A DNA stretch of 64,000 nt from the NCBI GenBank assembly GCA_965223005.1, contig CBDCVK010000010.1:1184001-1248000 (forward strand). Reading direction: 5' to 3'. Below the pieces are notes generated by a model. The model was not told the origin of the DNA. It saw only the letters and a program-made list of their open reading frames with translations, and ran no database searches. Position 1 is the stretch's first letter; every line of letters begins with the position of its first letter. The position numbers and the translations under genes are program-made. This document shows positions 28,220 through 37,857 of the stretch, one piece after another. Origin of the DNA: Terriglobia bacterium (GTDB lineage: Bacteria; Acidobacteriota; Terriglobia; JAJPHL01; JAPKYU01).

Positions 28220-28393
28220 AGGCCTATTGTATGCCTGCGGCCCCTAGTGAGGCAAACTACCCAGCCAAGCCCGGAGGCCAACGAAGCCCGGAAGCCGGTG
28301 GCAGCCGGGTACGCCAGATCTAGCAGACTGGCACGCCTGTGCCAGCCCGGTCCAATGCGCCAAGGTCCTGGGACACTTTTTGCCTCAAGGCCG

Positions 28394-28436
28394 TTGACCT
28401 GGAACGGGGAATTCTGCTATAAGTTCGTGGTATAAT
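28394..28436 (+). promoter_or_regulatory. Putative sigma70 promoter(s) for the Fe-S carrier gene
   Basis: TTGACC-N18-TATAAG, plus an extended -10 TGgTATAAT at 28428-28436. Confidence 0.5.
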
Positions 28437-28470
28437 TAATTTGTTTGCCGTTACGAGAGGGGAAGAACCA

Positions 28471-28794
28471 ATGATTCAACTGAGTGATATGGCGGTCTCC
28501 AAAGTAAGGGAAATCCTGGACCAACAGTCGCCTCGTCCGGCGGGACTGCGCATCGCCGTAGTGGGCGGTGGCTGCTCGGGGTTCTCTTACCATATGGCCT
28601 TCGACAACCAGTCCAACGGGACCGACAAGGTGCTGGATTATGAGGGACTGAAGATCTTCGTGGACCAGGCCAGCCTGCTTTACGTGGACGGGACCGAAGT
28701 CGATTACGTGGAAAGCTTGGAAGGCGCCGGGTTCAAGTTCAACAACCCGAACGTCAAGAGCACTTGCGGCTGCGGTAGCTCGTTCAGCGTTTAG
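28471..28794 (+). CDS. A-type Fe-S cluster carrier (IscA/ErpA/HesB family)
   Basis: GGGCSGFSY, GFKFNNPN, CGCGSSF. Confidence 0.95.
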   Translation: MIQLSDMAVSKVREILDQQSPRPAGLRIAVVGGGCSGFSYHMAFDNQSNGTDKVLDYEGLKIFVDQASLLYVDGTEVDYVESLEGAGFKFNNPNVKSTCGCGSSFSV

Positions 28795-28833
28795 CCAGTC
28801 CGGCAAACGCTTCGCGGTCACAACTTCTTCGTG

Positions 28834-28892
28834 GCCCTAGGCTTGCGGTAAGCGAGAAGGTTTACCATGGGCCTGGGGCTTCTGTTTTTTTC
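28834..28892 (+). terminator. Intrinsic terminator after the Fe-S carrier gene
   Basis: GCCCTAGGC...GCCTGGGGC stem with inner GGTAA/TTACC, followed by TTCTGTTTTTTT. Confidence 0.7.
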
Positions 28893-28978
28893 CTTTCCTC
28901 CTTTTTGGGCACTACCCTAACTCCCTTTCGCTTGCAGACAGAAAGCGACGGCGATAGAATCAATCTCCCCGATTCTGC

Positions 28979-31900
28979 ATGCGGCCAATGACCCGGCATT
29001 CTCATCGGATTCTGTTCGTCGCGCTGTGGGCGGCAGCGTTCGCCACCGCCGCCGGTGCGCAGGTGATCTCGACTGTTGTCGGCAACATTTCCGCAGCCGA
29101 CGGCCTCCAGGCGCGCGAGACTCCTCTGGTCATTCCCCGCGCCGTGACTGTGGACCAGGACGGCTTTATTTACATTGCTGATGACGGCAGCGGCACGGTA
29201 CGCCGCATTGACCCGATCACCGGCATTGCCACCGTCATTGCTGGCGGCGGGACTGTGGTGGATGACCTGATCCCGGTCCCCGGCAAGTCAGCCTTTCTGA
29301 ACAGCCCTGTGGGGGTGGGTATTGGCGCAGGTCGGAACCTCTACATTGCCGATGACGGCAACAATCGCGTCCGGCTATTGACCCCCGATGGGTTTCTGAC
29401 GACCGTAGTCGGCAACGGCAGTTCTGGCTTTTCCGGGGACGGAGGGCCTGCCACGCGCGCGCAGTTGTTCCTGCCCACAGGAGTCGCAACGGATTCGGCT
29501 GGGAACCTCTACATCACCGACCGCGGGAATGAGGCCATCCGCAAGGTGGACGCCGCCAGCGCCGTGATCACCACGATTGCTGGCGGCCCCTTCGCCAACA
29601 GTTTTAGCGACGGCATCCCGGCCACCGCGGCCAGGCTTTTCAGCCCATACGGGATCGCCGTGGACGGGGCCGGCAATGTTTTCTTTGCCGACGAAGACGA
29701 CCACTTGGTGCGCAAGATTGAGGCGGCCACCGGCCTGATCCGCACCGTGGCGGGTACCGGTTTTTCGGGGACCAGCGGCGACGGCGGGCCGGCGACTGCA
29801 GCCAACCTGCGGAATCCCGCCGGGGTGGCGGTGGCGCCCAACGGCGACCTCTACATTGGTCACAGCGGTCAGGTGCGCAAAGTGGATGCAGCCACCGGAG
29901 TGATCACAACCGTCCTGGGCGGCGGTAATTTCATCCTGAGCGAGGGACGTCCGGGAACGGACGTCTTCATACCGAGTTCGATCCGGCACATGTTCCTGAC
30001 TCCGGCAAATGTCCTTCTCATTGCGCTCACCGGGGACAACCTGATCGGGCAGCTCAACCTGACGACCGGCATCTTCAGTATTCTGGCCGGAGACCCCCTG
30101 CGAGTGGGTGACAGCGGGCTGGCGGAGACGGCGGCTGTCTCCCAGCCACACCTACTGGCCCTGGATGCCACGGGCAACCTCTACATTGCCGACAAGTTCC
30201 ATCACCGGGTACGCCGCATCTTGCCGGGCACCGGTGGGGCGGGAACCGGAACCATCACCACCGTGGTGGGAGACGGGTTTCCCGCGTTTGGTGAAACCAG
30301 CGGTCCGGCGGCCAGCACCTCCATCACCTTCCCGGAGGGAACCTTTGTTGATGCGAGCAACCGAGTGTATTTCACCGACAATTTCCGGCGCGTCCGGATG
30401 GTTGATGGCGACGGGATGCTCCAGACGGTGGCTGGCCTCAGCACCATCGGCTTTTCTGGAGACGGTGGCCCAGCGACCGAGGCTGAACTGAACACTCCCC
30501 GCGGCATAACGATGGACGGCGCCAGCAATCTGTACATTGCCGACACGTTCAACGATAGGGTGCGAAAGATTGATCTCAACGGGATCATCCAGACGATTGC
30601 CGGAACTGGCGAATTCGGCTTTTCCGGCGATGGCGGGCAGGCCACGCGGGCCCAGCTCAATGGGCCGTACGATCTGCTGCTAGACGGCGACGGAAGCCTG
30701 CTGATCGCCGACCACTTCAACAATCGCGTGTGGCGCATGGATTTGTCCACAGGGATCATCACCACCTTTGCCGGCAATGGATTTTTCGCCTATAGCGGCG
30801 ACGGCGGCCCAGCGACTGACGCCGGTATCTCTAGACCCCGAGGCCTAGCCATGGACGGGCAGGGTAATGTGCTGATCACGAGCGTCAACACCGTGCGCCG
30901 AGTGGATGCGGCCACCGGTATCATCAGCACCGTCGCCGGCGCCGGCGACCCGGGGTTCCGAGGAGATGGCGGGCTGGCGACGCTGGCTCGTCTTAGCGGC
31001 GTGCAGGGCATCGTGGTAGACAGCGCGGGGAATGCGATATTTGCCGACTCAGTGAACAACCGCATCCGGCGCATCTCGTCGGTCGCGGTGATTCCACTGC
31101 TTGCAGTGAGTCCTACTGCACTCTCCTTCGGGGCCCTGGAAGGAGGGCAGTCGCCGGCCGGACAGAGCCTCCAGGTGAGTACCAGCAACCTGGCCAGCAC
31201 CTCCTGGACGGCTTCGGTGCAACTGGCGAGCGGCTCGGGCTGGTTGACTGTCCAACCGATCTCCGGCATGACGCCTGCTGTCGTACAGATCGCGGTGAAC
31301 TCTTCGGGGCTCCCCGCTGGCACGTTTACCGGAAGCATCACAATCACCGCGGCTGGCGCAACCAACTCACCTCAGACGGTCTCGGTCACTCTGACCGTCG
31401 AGCCAGGCGGCAATCCAAAGCTGGCGTTGGACCCGCAATTCCTCACCTTCCGGGCGACGCAGGGTGGGGCCGACCCTCCGCCGCAAACGGTAACGTTAAC
31501 CAATGCCGGCGGCGGCGTGTTGCAGTGGTCCGGCACCGTCCAAGCCAGTGGCGGCAACTGGCTCTCGGTTTCCCCCAGCAGCGGCACCGGCGCGGCCACG
31601 TTAACCCTATCGACCACGCTGGGTTCGTTGCCCGCCGGCGTCTACCAGGGTCTGCTGTTGGTGACCAATCTCAGCGCGGGTGAAAGCGTGGCAGTCTCGG
31701 TGGCGTTCATTGTGAGCGAACCGGTCTCTTCGCTGCTGCTGAGCCAGACCGGGGCCTTGTTCACGGTGAACGAAGGCGGTTCGTTTGTCCCGCCGGGGGA
31801 CGTGCTGGTGGTGAACGCAGGCCAGGGGAGCATGATCTGGCAGGCCGAAGTCCTGCCCCTTTCTGGCGGAAACTGGCTGGGGCTATCCGCGGCTTCCGGA

Positions 31901-33496
31901 ACCAGCGCTCCGGATCTGGCTACGACGCTGCAATTGTCGCCGAGCCCGGCCGGGCTGAGTCCCGGCGTCTACGATGCACTGCTGCAGGTCTCCGCCTCCG
32001 GCGCCACCAACTCCCCGCAGTTGCTGTTGGCCCGGCTCCAGGTGCAGCCCAGCGGGACTGCGCCGGTGGGCAGTATCAATCCCGGTGGCATTGCGCTGGT
32101 CGGTGAGTCCGGCGGGGCGATACAACAGGGTTCGCTCACGGTCAGCACTACCGGCGGGGCAACGCTGAGCTATGCGACTTCGGCCAGCACCTCAGACGGC
32201 GCCCTCTGGCTTTCGGTCTCCCCACCCGGGGGCAGCCTGCAAGGTTCCGCCGACCGCGGCACGGTCAACGTCCAGGCTAACCCAGCCCAACTGTCTCCTG
32301 GCGTCTACCGGGGCAAAGTGGCGGTGGCCTTCAGCACGGGCGTCACTCAGGACGTCAGCGTGTTGCTGGTGGTGACACCGCAGGGTACCGCCGTGGCCAG
32401 CGGGGGGTCGTACACGGGGGCTGGACTGGCACAGTCCGCCTGCACCCCCACACAGCAATTCCCGCTCCAGGTCGCCCTGACCAATGGCAGCAGCGTGCCC
32501 ACGGGATTTGGCACGGTGGTGCAGGTGAGCGTCCTGGATGACTGCGGCATTGCGGTGGATAACTCGGTGGTGGTTATCCAATTCGGCAACGGTGACCCGG
32601 CCTTGGTCCTGGACCCCAAGAAGAGGGTTGGTCCCGGCCTCTATTCGGGAACGTGGAAACCGGGGCAACAAGGCGCCACCGAAGTCACTGTGCAAGCCAC
32701 CGGCAGCGGCTTGGCGCCGGGTCAGACGGATCTGCAGGTTGTGATTTCCGAGCAGGGCGCCGCCCTGTCGAGCCCGGAGATTTTCACCAACGGCGCGGTG
32801 CATGGTGCCCATTTCAATCTCATCGGCGGGGTCAAGCAGGTTGCCCCGCTAGCGAGAGGCCAGATCTTTTCGGTGTTCGGCAACCGGCTGGCCATCGGGC
32901 GCAGCTTCGCCGACCAAGTCCCGTTGCCACGTTCACTGGCGGGGGTTACCGCCAAGCTGGCCGGCACCGACGTGCCTTTGTTCTTCTCCGACACCGGGCA
33001 GTTAAACGCGCAGATCCCCTTTGAACTGCCGTCCGGCGGCACCTTCCCGCTGGTGGTTACCATGGGCGGGCTGGGCAGCTCGCCCGAGCTGATCACCTTG
33101 ACCAACACGCAGCCGGGTATCTTTACGGTTGCCCAAAGCGGGAGCGGTCCTGGAGTCATCACCGACGCGCCGGGCACCCTGATCGCCACCGCGAATCCCG
33201 CCCGGCTCGGCCAGGTCGTGATCGTCTACGCCACCGGCCTGGGGCCCACCAACCCGACGGTGCCCACCGGAGAGGCTACCCCATTCGGCACGCTGGCGCG
33301 GGTCGTGGACGGCCTGACCGTAACCGTCGGGGGTGTTCCGGCAGCTGTGGACTCTGCAGGGCTGACCCCAGGTTTTGTTGGGCTCTACCAGGTGAACGTC
33401 CGTATCCCCGACAACGCGCCGTTGGGCGACGGAGTGGAACTCTTTCTGGAACAAAACCAGATCCGAAGCAACACGGTGACCCTGGTGATCCAGTAG
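28979..33496 (+). CDS. Large secreted protein: NHL/teneurin-like repeats + BACON/Ig-like domains + TIGR03437-like C-terminal domain
   Basis: 1505 aa; signal peptide; repeated GFSGDGGPAT...P.G...D..GNLYIAD units; WL.VSP.SG Ig repeats; terminal QLNAQIP, PGIFT, YATGLG, GLYQVN. Confidence 0.88.
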   Translation: MRPMTRHSHRILFVALWAAAFATAAGAQVISTVVGNISAADGLQARETPLVIPRAVTVDQDGFIYIADDGSGTVRRIDPITGIATVIAGGGTVVDDLIPVPGKSAFLNSPVGVGIGAGRNLYIADDGNNRVRLLTPDGFLTTVVGNGSSGFSGDGGPATRAQLFLPTGVATDSAGNLYITDRGNEAIRKVDAASAVITTIAGGPFANSFSDGIPATAARLFSPYGIAVDGAGNVFFADEDDHLVRKIEAATGLIRTVAGTGFSGTSGDGGPATAANLRNPAGVAVAPNGDLYIGHSGQVRKVDAATGVITTVLGGGNFILSEGRPGTDVFIPSSIRHMFLTPANVLLIALTGDNLIGQLNLTTGIFSILAGDPLRVGDSGLAETAAVSQPHLLALDATGNLYIADKFHHRVRRILPGTGGAGTGTITTVVGDGFPAFGETSGPAASTSITFPEGTFVDASNRVYFTDNFRRVRMVDGDGMLQTVAGLSTIGFSGDGGPATEAELNTPRGITMDGASNLYIADTFNDRVRKIDLNGIIQTIAGTGEFGFSGDGGQATRAQLNGPYDLLLDGDGSLLIADHFNNRVWRMDLSTGIITTFAGNGFFAYSGDGGPATDAGISRPRGLAMDGQGNVLITSVNTVRRVDAATGIISTVAGAGDPGFRGDGGLATLARLSGVQGIVVDSAGNAIFADSVNNRIRRISSVAVIPLLAVSPTALSFGALEGGQSPAGQSLQVSTSNLASTSWTASVQLASGSGWLTVQPISGMTPAVVQIAVNSSGLPAGTFTGSITITAAGATNSPQTVSVTLTVEPGGNPKLALDPQFLTFRATQGGADPPPQTVTLTNAGGGVLQWSGTVQASGGNWLSVSPSSGTGAATLTLSTTLGSLPAGVYQGLLLVTNLSAGESVAVSVAFIVSEPVSSLLLSQTGALFTVNEGGSFVPPGDVLVVNAGQGSMIWQAEVLPLSGGNWLGLSAASGTSAPDLATTLQLSPSPAGLSPGVYDALLQVSASGATNSPQLLLARLQVQPSGTAPVGSINPGGIALVGESGGAIQQGSLTVSTTGGATLSYATSASTSDGALWLSVSPPGGSLQGSADRGTVNVQANPAQLSPGVYRGKVAVAFSTGVTQDVSVLLVVTPQGTAVASGGSYTGAGLAQSACTPTQQFPLQVALTNGSSVPTGFGTVVQVSVLDDCGIAVDNSVVVIQFGNGDPALVLDPKKRVGPGLYSGTWKPGQQGATEVTVQATGSGLAPGQTDLQVVISEQGAALSSPEIFTNGAVHGAHFNLIGGVKQVAPLARGQIFSVFGNRLAIGRSFADQVPLPRSLAGVTAKLAGTDVPLFFSDTGQLNAQIPFELPSGGTFPLVVTMGGLGSSPELITLTNTQPGIFTVAQSGSGPGVITDAPGTLIATANPARLGQVVIVYATGLGPTNPTVPTGEATPFGTLARVVDGLTVTVGGVPAAVDSAGLTPGFVGLYQVNVRIPDNAPLGDGVELFLEQNQIRSNTVTLVIQ

Positions 33497-33727
33497 GTTC
33501 CGGCCCTGCTCCGTCGCCTTCCCAAACCTTGCCCTGTGAATTAGTGGTGGCGGCTAGAGCTTCGCGAGGGAGCAAGCGTACTCGTGGACAACGCCAGGCT
33601 GCTGGAAACAATCGCGTGGGACACAGGCGCAGACGCCCGATGGATTAACCACGAAACCCGGTTGGTTAACCACAAAAAGGGATGTACCTCTTCAAAAATC
33701 TTTTAGTTAAGTGGGCACCAGGCGGAA

Positions 33728-36388
33728 TTAACTTCTGGTAATGAATTCATCCAAATTCAGGAGGAGTCGGCAAACCCCGAGCCAGGCCGCTGCCTCTGCA
33801 GGGTCGATCCCTTCCAGCTCGATCGCGGGGAATAGGCTGTCCACCAATTCGCTCTTTTTCTCCAGAATGTCTTTCTGCTGCTGGTAATAGCTAACCAAGC
33901 GATCTTTTTCCTGCGGTCGGGGTTCTCGTCCCAGGGAGAGTCGGAAGGCGTAATTCAGCCGGTCATTCCAACTGCCGCGTTCCTCCCGCAAGATTCTGAC
34001 GGCCATCACCTGGGCCGCTTCTACAAATACCGGATCGTTGAGAAGGTTCAGTGCCTGCAAGGGCGTGGTAGACCGTTCTCGCCGGGTGCAGGACAACAGA
34101 GCATCTGGCGCATCAAAATTGAGCAATTGCGGGTAGGGAGTGGTGCGCAGGAACATCGTGTAAAGTCCCCGGCGGTAGCGTTCCGCTCCTTTGCTCTCTA
34201 TCCATTTTTCCGGACCGCCACCAAAACCCAACTCGATCACCCCCGAGGGTTGGGGCGGGCGCACGCTCTTACCCCCGATCGCGCGATTCAGCAGCCCGCT
34301 GGCGACCAATGTCGAATCGCGGACCAATTCTGCTGGTAGGCTGAGGCGTACCTGGCGGGCGAGCAGCCTGTTATAAGCGTCGCGCTCCCGCAAATCGTCT
34401 CTCACGTTCGAGGATTGGCGGTAGGTGGCCGACTCCACGATGAGCTTGTGCATCCGCTTCATGTCCCAGCCGCTTGCCATGAATTCCACAGCCAGCCAAT
34501 CCAGCAGTTCCGGGTGTGTGGGCCGATCTCCCCGGGTGCCAAAGTCCCCGGAAGTTCCTACCAGCCCGCGACCAAAGAACTCCTGCCAGGCGCGGTTGAC
34601 CCAGACACGTGCGGTGAGAGGGTTGTCCTTCGAAAGCAGCCACCGGCCGAGGGCGAGTCGGGAAGGACTGGCATCCTGGGGAGGGGAATTCAATACTGCC
34701 GGCGTGGCGGGTTGGACCTCAATCCCGGGATTCCGATGATCACCCCGGATCAAAATGCGAGTCTTGGGAGGATCAGGATTTTCGACGAGAATTTGAGCTT
34801 CACTCAGCCCCGGATACTGATTCTTCAGTGTATCCAATTTGCCCTTGAGTTCCTTGAATTTCAATTCCTTGTACTTCTTGCTGCCAAACGTTTCTCCAAC
34901 AGTCCCAACGAATTGGTCCGTCAGCTTATCCCTTTGCTTCGGCGTTCGTAAGCCGGGGTCGAGCTTCAGTATCTGCCGCCCGCCGTCGAGTTCGGTTCCT
35001 AAAAGGTCCCAGGCAATGTCATAGGAAGGATCCACGCCTGGATCGGCCCCGGCTTCCAACGTTTTCTGTTCCCAGTCGGGTTGTAATTCTGGAACTTTGT
35101 ATTCCTCCAACAATGCCTTTCTTTTCTCGGCATACTCTGTTCTGCTTTGCAAGTACGCACCCAATTCCGACGGGAGGGGAGCCTCGATATTTTGCTCGCT
35201 GGCGCGGTCAAAAAACGCAAACAACTGATAAAATTCTTTCTGGCTAAGAGGATCGTATTTGTGATCGTGACAGCGCGCACAGCCGACCGTCATGGCAAGC
35301 CAGACGGTGCCTAGCGTCGAGGTCCGATCCACCACCTGTTCCACGCGATATTCCTCCAGGTCAATCCCCCCTTCGCGGTTGGTCAGGGTGTTGCGAAGAA
35401 ACCCGGTGGCAATCTTTTGCTGGATCGTGGCATTGGGCAACAAGTCTCCGGCGATTTGCTCGACGGTAAATTCGTCGAACGGCTTATTTCGATTCAGCGC
35501 CTGAATCACCCAATCACGCCATTGCCAGGCATGGGGTCGTACGCGGTCCGTTTCATACCCGTCACTGTCGGCGTAATGCGCTAAGTCGAGCCACTGCCGC
35601 GCCCATTTCTCTCCATAGTGCGGGGAGGCCAACAGGCGCTCGACCAGCCGTTCATACGCATCCGGGCGCTGGTCCGCTAGAAACTGGGCAATTTCCTTCG
35701 GGGTTGGAGGCAAGCCGACGAGATCGAAACTGACACGCCGGATCAAAGTCACCCGGTCTGCTTCCTGGGACGGCGCGATCCCCTCGGCATCGAGCCTGGC
35801 CAGGACAAACGCGTCAATTGGGTTGCGAACCGAGGCCTGGCTACGCACCTTGGGAAGGGGAGGTCGCTGGGTTGGGAGGAACGCCCAGTGCTTGCTCCTC
35901 GCCTCCGGCACTTCCTTCGCAGGTGCGCCCGCCCCCGAGCCCTCCTCTGGGACGGATGCGACCTGTTCGGGCCACTCAGCACCCTGGTCGATCCACGCGC
36001 GTAGCAAACCTACCTGCTCCGGGGTGAGCCGTTTCCCCACCATCGGCATGATCAGATCTTTTTTCAGCCCAGCAACCAGGTGAATCAGCTTGCTTTCGGC
36101 GCTGTTGCCCGGCTTGATCACCGGCCCCGCGTAGCCTCCGGCCATCGCGGCAACCTTTTCATCCAGGCGTAGACCACCCATCTGTTGCTTCGGGCCATGG
36201 CAGGCGTAGCACGTCTCTTTAAACAGGGGCTCGACGTCCCGTGAAAAATCAACCTGGGTCTTTGCTGCAGGAGGCAGGGCCTGGATGTCTATTTCCTGGG
36301 CCAACTGGGGAATGTAAGGGATTCCTAGAAGGAAAAGTACCGCTACGCTTGCTGTGAAGATCTTTCGGGACATGAGAATGAAATCCAA
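33728..36388 (-). CDS. PSCyt/PSD1 protein (planctomycete cytochrome c + DUF1549 + DUF1553); start 36373 or 36388
   Basis: CYACH and CARCHDH motifs; HWAF, NPIDAFV, SPHYGEKW, NPLTARV, PTHPELLDWLA, LLNLDEFIT. Confidence 0.9.
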   Translation of the reverse strand: MDFILMSRKIFTASVAVLFLLGIPYIPQLAQEIDIQALPPAAKTQVDFSRDVEPLFKETCYACHGPKQQMGGLRLDEKVAAMAGGYAGPVIKPGNSAESKLIHLVAGLKKDLIMPMVGKRLTPEQVGLLRAWIDQGAEWPEQVASVPEEGSGAGAPAKEVPEARSKHWAFLPTQRPPLPKVRSQASVRNPIDAFVLARLDAEGIAPSQEADRVTLIRRVSFDLVGLPPTPKEIAQFLADQRPDAYERLVERLLASPHYGEKWARQWLDLAHYADSDGYETDRVRPHAWQWRDWVIQALNRNKPFDEFTVEQIAGDLLPNATIQQKIATGFLRNTLTNREGGIDLEEYRVEQVVDRTSTLGTVWLAMTVGCARCHDHKYDPLSQKEFYQLFAFFDRASEQNIEAPLPSELGAYLQSRTEYAEKRKALLEEYKVPELQPDWEQKTLEAGADPGVDPSYDIAWDLLGTELDGGRQILKLDPGLRTPKQRDKLTDQFVGTVGETFGSKKYKELKFKELKGKLDTLKNQYPGLSEAQILVENPDPPKTRILIRGDHRNPGIEVQPATPAVLNSPPQDASPSRLALGRWLLSKDNPLTARVWVNRAWQEFFGRGLVGTSGDFGTRGDRPTHPELLDWLAVEFMASGWDMKRMHKLIVESATYRQSSNVRDDLRERDAYNRLLARQVRLSLPAELVRDSTLVASGLLNRAIGGKSVRPPQPSGVIELGFGGGPEKWIESKGAERYRRGLYTMFLRTTPYPQLLNFDAPDALLSCTRRERSTTPLQALNLLNDPVFVEAAQVMAVRILREERGSWNDRLNYAFRLSLGREPRPQEKDRLVSYYQQQKDILEKKSELVDSLFPAIELEGIDPAEAAAWLGVCRLLLNLDEFITRS

Positions 36389-36405
36389 AAGAAAACCTGG
36401 GCCTC

Positions 36406-37854
36406 CTATGCCAACAACTTGTGCGCCACTTCGCCGGCCACATCGGTAAGCCGAAAATCGCGGCCCTGGTGGCGATGGGTGAGCTTCTTATGATTGAAAC
36501 CCAGGCAGTGCAGGATGGTGGCATGCAGGTCGTGGACAAAGATCGGATCTTCGACAACGGTGAACCCCAGTTCATCGGTCTTGCCGATTACTTGTCCGCG
36601 CTTGATTCCTCCCCCGGCCATCCACATGCTGAAAGCGTGACGGTGGTGATCCCTACCCCAATAATCTTTATCCGGCTTGCGAGCCTCCACCATCGGCGTC
36701 CGCCCGAACTCGCCTCCCCAGATGACCAGGGTATTCTCCAGTAACCCCCGTTGTTTGAGATCTTTCAACAGGGCAGCAGTGGGCTGGTCGGTAATGGCGC
36801 AGTTTTTCTTCAGCTTCTTGTTCAGCTCTCTATGATCGTCCCAAGTGGCATGAAGCAGTTGTACAAACCGCACGCCCCGTTCGATCATCCGCCGCGCCAA
36901 CAGGCAGTTGGTGGCGAAAGGTCGAGTGGGCTCCTTGTTGATCCCGTACATCTCCAAGGTGCTGCGCGATTCCTTGGAGAAGTCCAGCAGTTCCGGACCG
37001 GCCGCCTGCATGCGAAACGCCAACTCGTAGGAAGCAATCCGGGAGGCGATCTCTAAATCCCCCGTATCTACGTAGTGCTGCTCGTTGAGCTGCCGGATCG
37101 TATCCAGCCGAGCCCGCTGGCTTTCCTGGCTGATGCCCGGAGGATTGGAAAGATACAGCACCGGATCCCCCTTGCTGCGGAAGGGCACCCCTTGATAGAC
37201 GGAGGGCAGAAACCCGCTGCTAAAGTTCTGCGTACCCGCGCTGGCGCCCGCCCCGGAACTGAGCACTACGAAACCCGGCAAGTTCTGCGACTCGCTTCCC
37301 AAACCGTAGGTCACCCAGGCCCCCATCGAGGGACGACCCGGGAGCGGGCTCCCACAGTTGATCATCAACTGACCTGGGTGGTGGTTGATCTGGTTGGTCT
37401 GCATCGAGCGAATCAGGCAGATGTCGTCGGCACGGGTGGCCAAGTGGGGCAGCCAATCGGAAATCTCGATCCCGGATTCTCCGTGGGGCTTAAAAACCCG
37501 CGGGCTGGCCCAGATCTTAGCCGTAGGCTGGATGAAGGCCAGGTTGCCGACTTGCTTCCTCATCGACTCAGGTAAGCTCTGCCCTTCCCACTTCTTCAAT
37601 TCCGGCTTGGGGTCAAGCAGATCGATCTGGCTTGGCGCCCCGGCCATGAACAGGAAAATCACATTCTTGGCCTTGGGGGTGAAATGGGGCAGCTTGGGTT
37701 GCAGCGGATTCACATCGGGCAATCCTTCGCTCAGTGTTCCGGCTGATCCTTCCAGCGCCAACAGATGCCAGAAGGCGATCATCCCTATGCCGCCAGCACA
37801 CTCCTGTAGAAAACTCCGACGGTTTTGTATGCGCTGGAACTCTTGAAAGTCCAT
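36406..37854 (-). CDS. DUF1501 family protein (Tat-exported, alkaline-phosphatase/sulfatase-like)
   Basis: NRRSFL twin-arginine motif; FMAGAPSQID, ERGVRFVQL, WGGEFGRTP, GRDHH, RLTDV. Confidence 0.92.
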   Translation of the reverse strand: MDFQEFQRIQNRRSFLQECAGGIGMIAFWHLLALEGSAGTLSEGLPDVNPLQPKLPHFTPKAKNVIFLFMAGAPSQIDLLDPKPELKKWEGQSLPESMRKQVGNLAFIQPTAKIWASPRVFKPHGESGIEISDWLPHLATRADDICLIRSMQTNQINHHPGQLMINCGSPLPGRPSMGAWVTYGLGSESQNLPGFVVLSSGAGASAGTQNFSSGFLPSVYQGVPFRSKGDPVLYLSNPPGISQESQRARLDTIRQLNEQHYVDTGDLEIASRIASYELAFRMQAAGPELLDFSKESRSTLEMYGINKEPTRPFATNCLLARRMIERGVRFVQLLHATWDDHRELNKKLKKNCAITDQPTAALLKDLKQRGLLENTLVIWGGEFGRTPMVEARKPDKDYWGRDHHRHAFSMWMAGGGIKRGQVIGKTDELGFTVVEDPIFVHDLHATILHCLGFNHKKLTHRHQGRDFRLTDVAGEVAHKLLA

Positions 37855-37857
37855 GGG

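Noticed and set aside
28330-28343. Sigma54 promoter TGGCAC...TGC upstream of the Fe-S carrier gene
   Set aside because: The GG-to-GC spacing is one base short of the required GG-N10-GC
28220-28400. TPP riboswitch upstream of thiG
   Set aside because: No CTGAGA/thi-box core found, and a -10 box 6 nt before the start leaves no room for a leader
29100-31080. Recurrent GGCGACGGCGG-type DNA repeats
   Set aside because: Explained by NHL protein repeats (GDGGPAT) within the 1505-aa CDS
33645-33680. TTAACCACGAAA / TTAACCACAAAA pair as a REP element or operator
   Set aside because: Only two short copies in one convergent intergenic region; not enough support within this window
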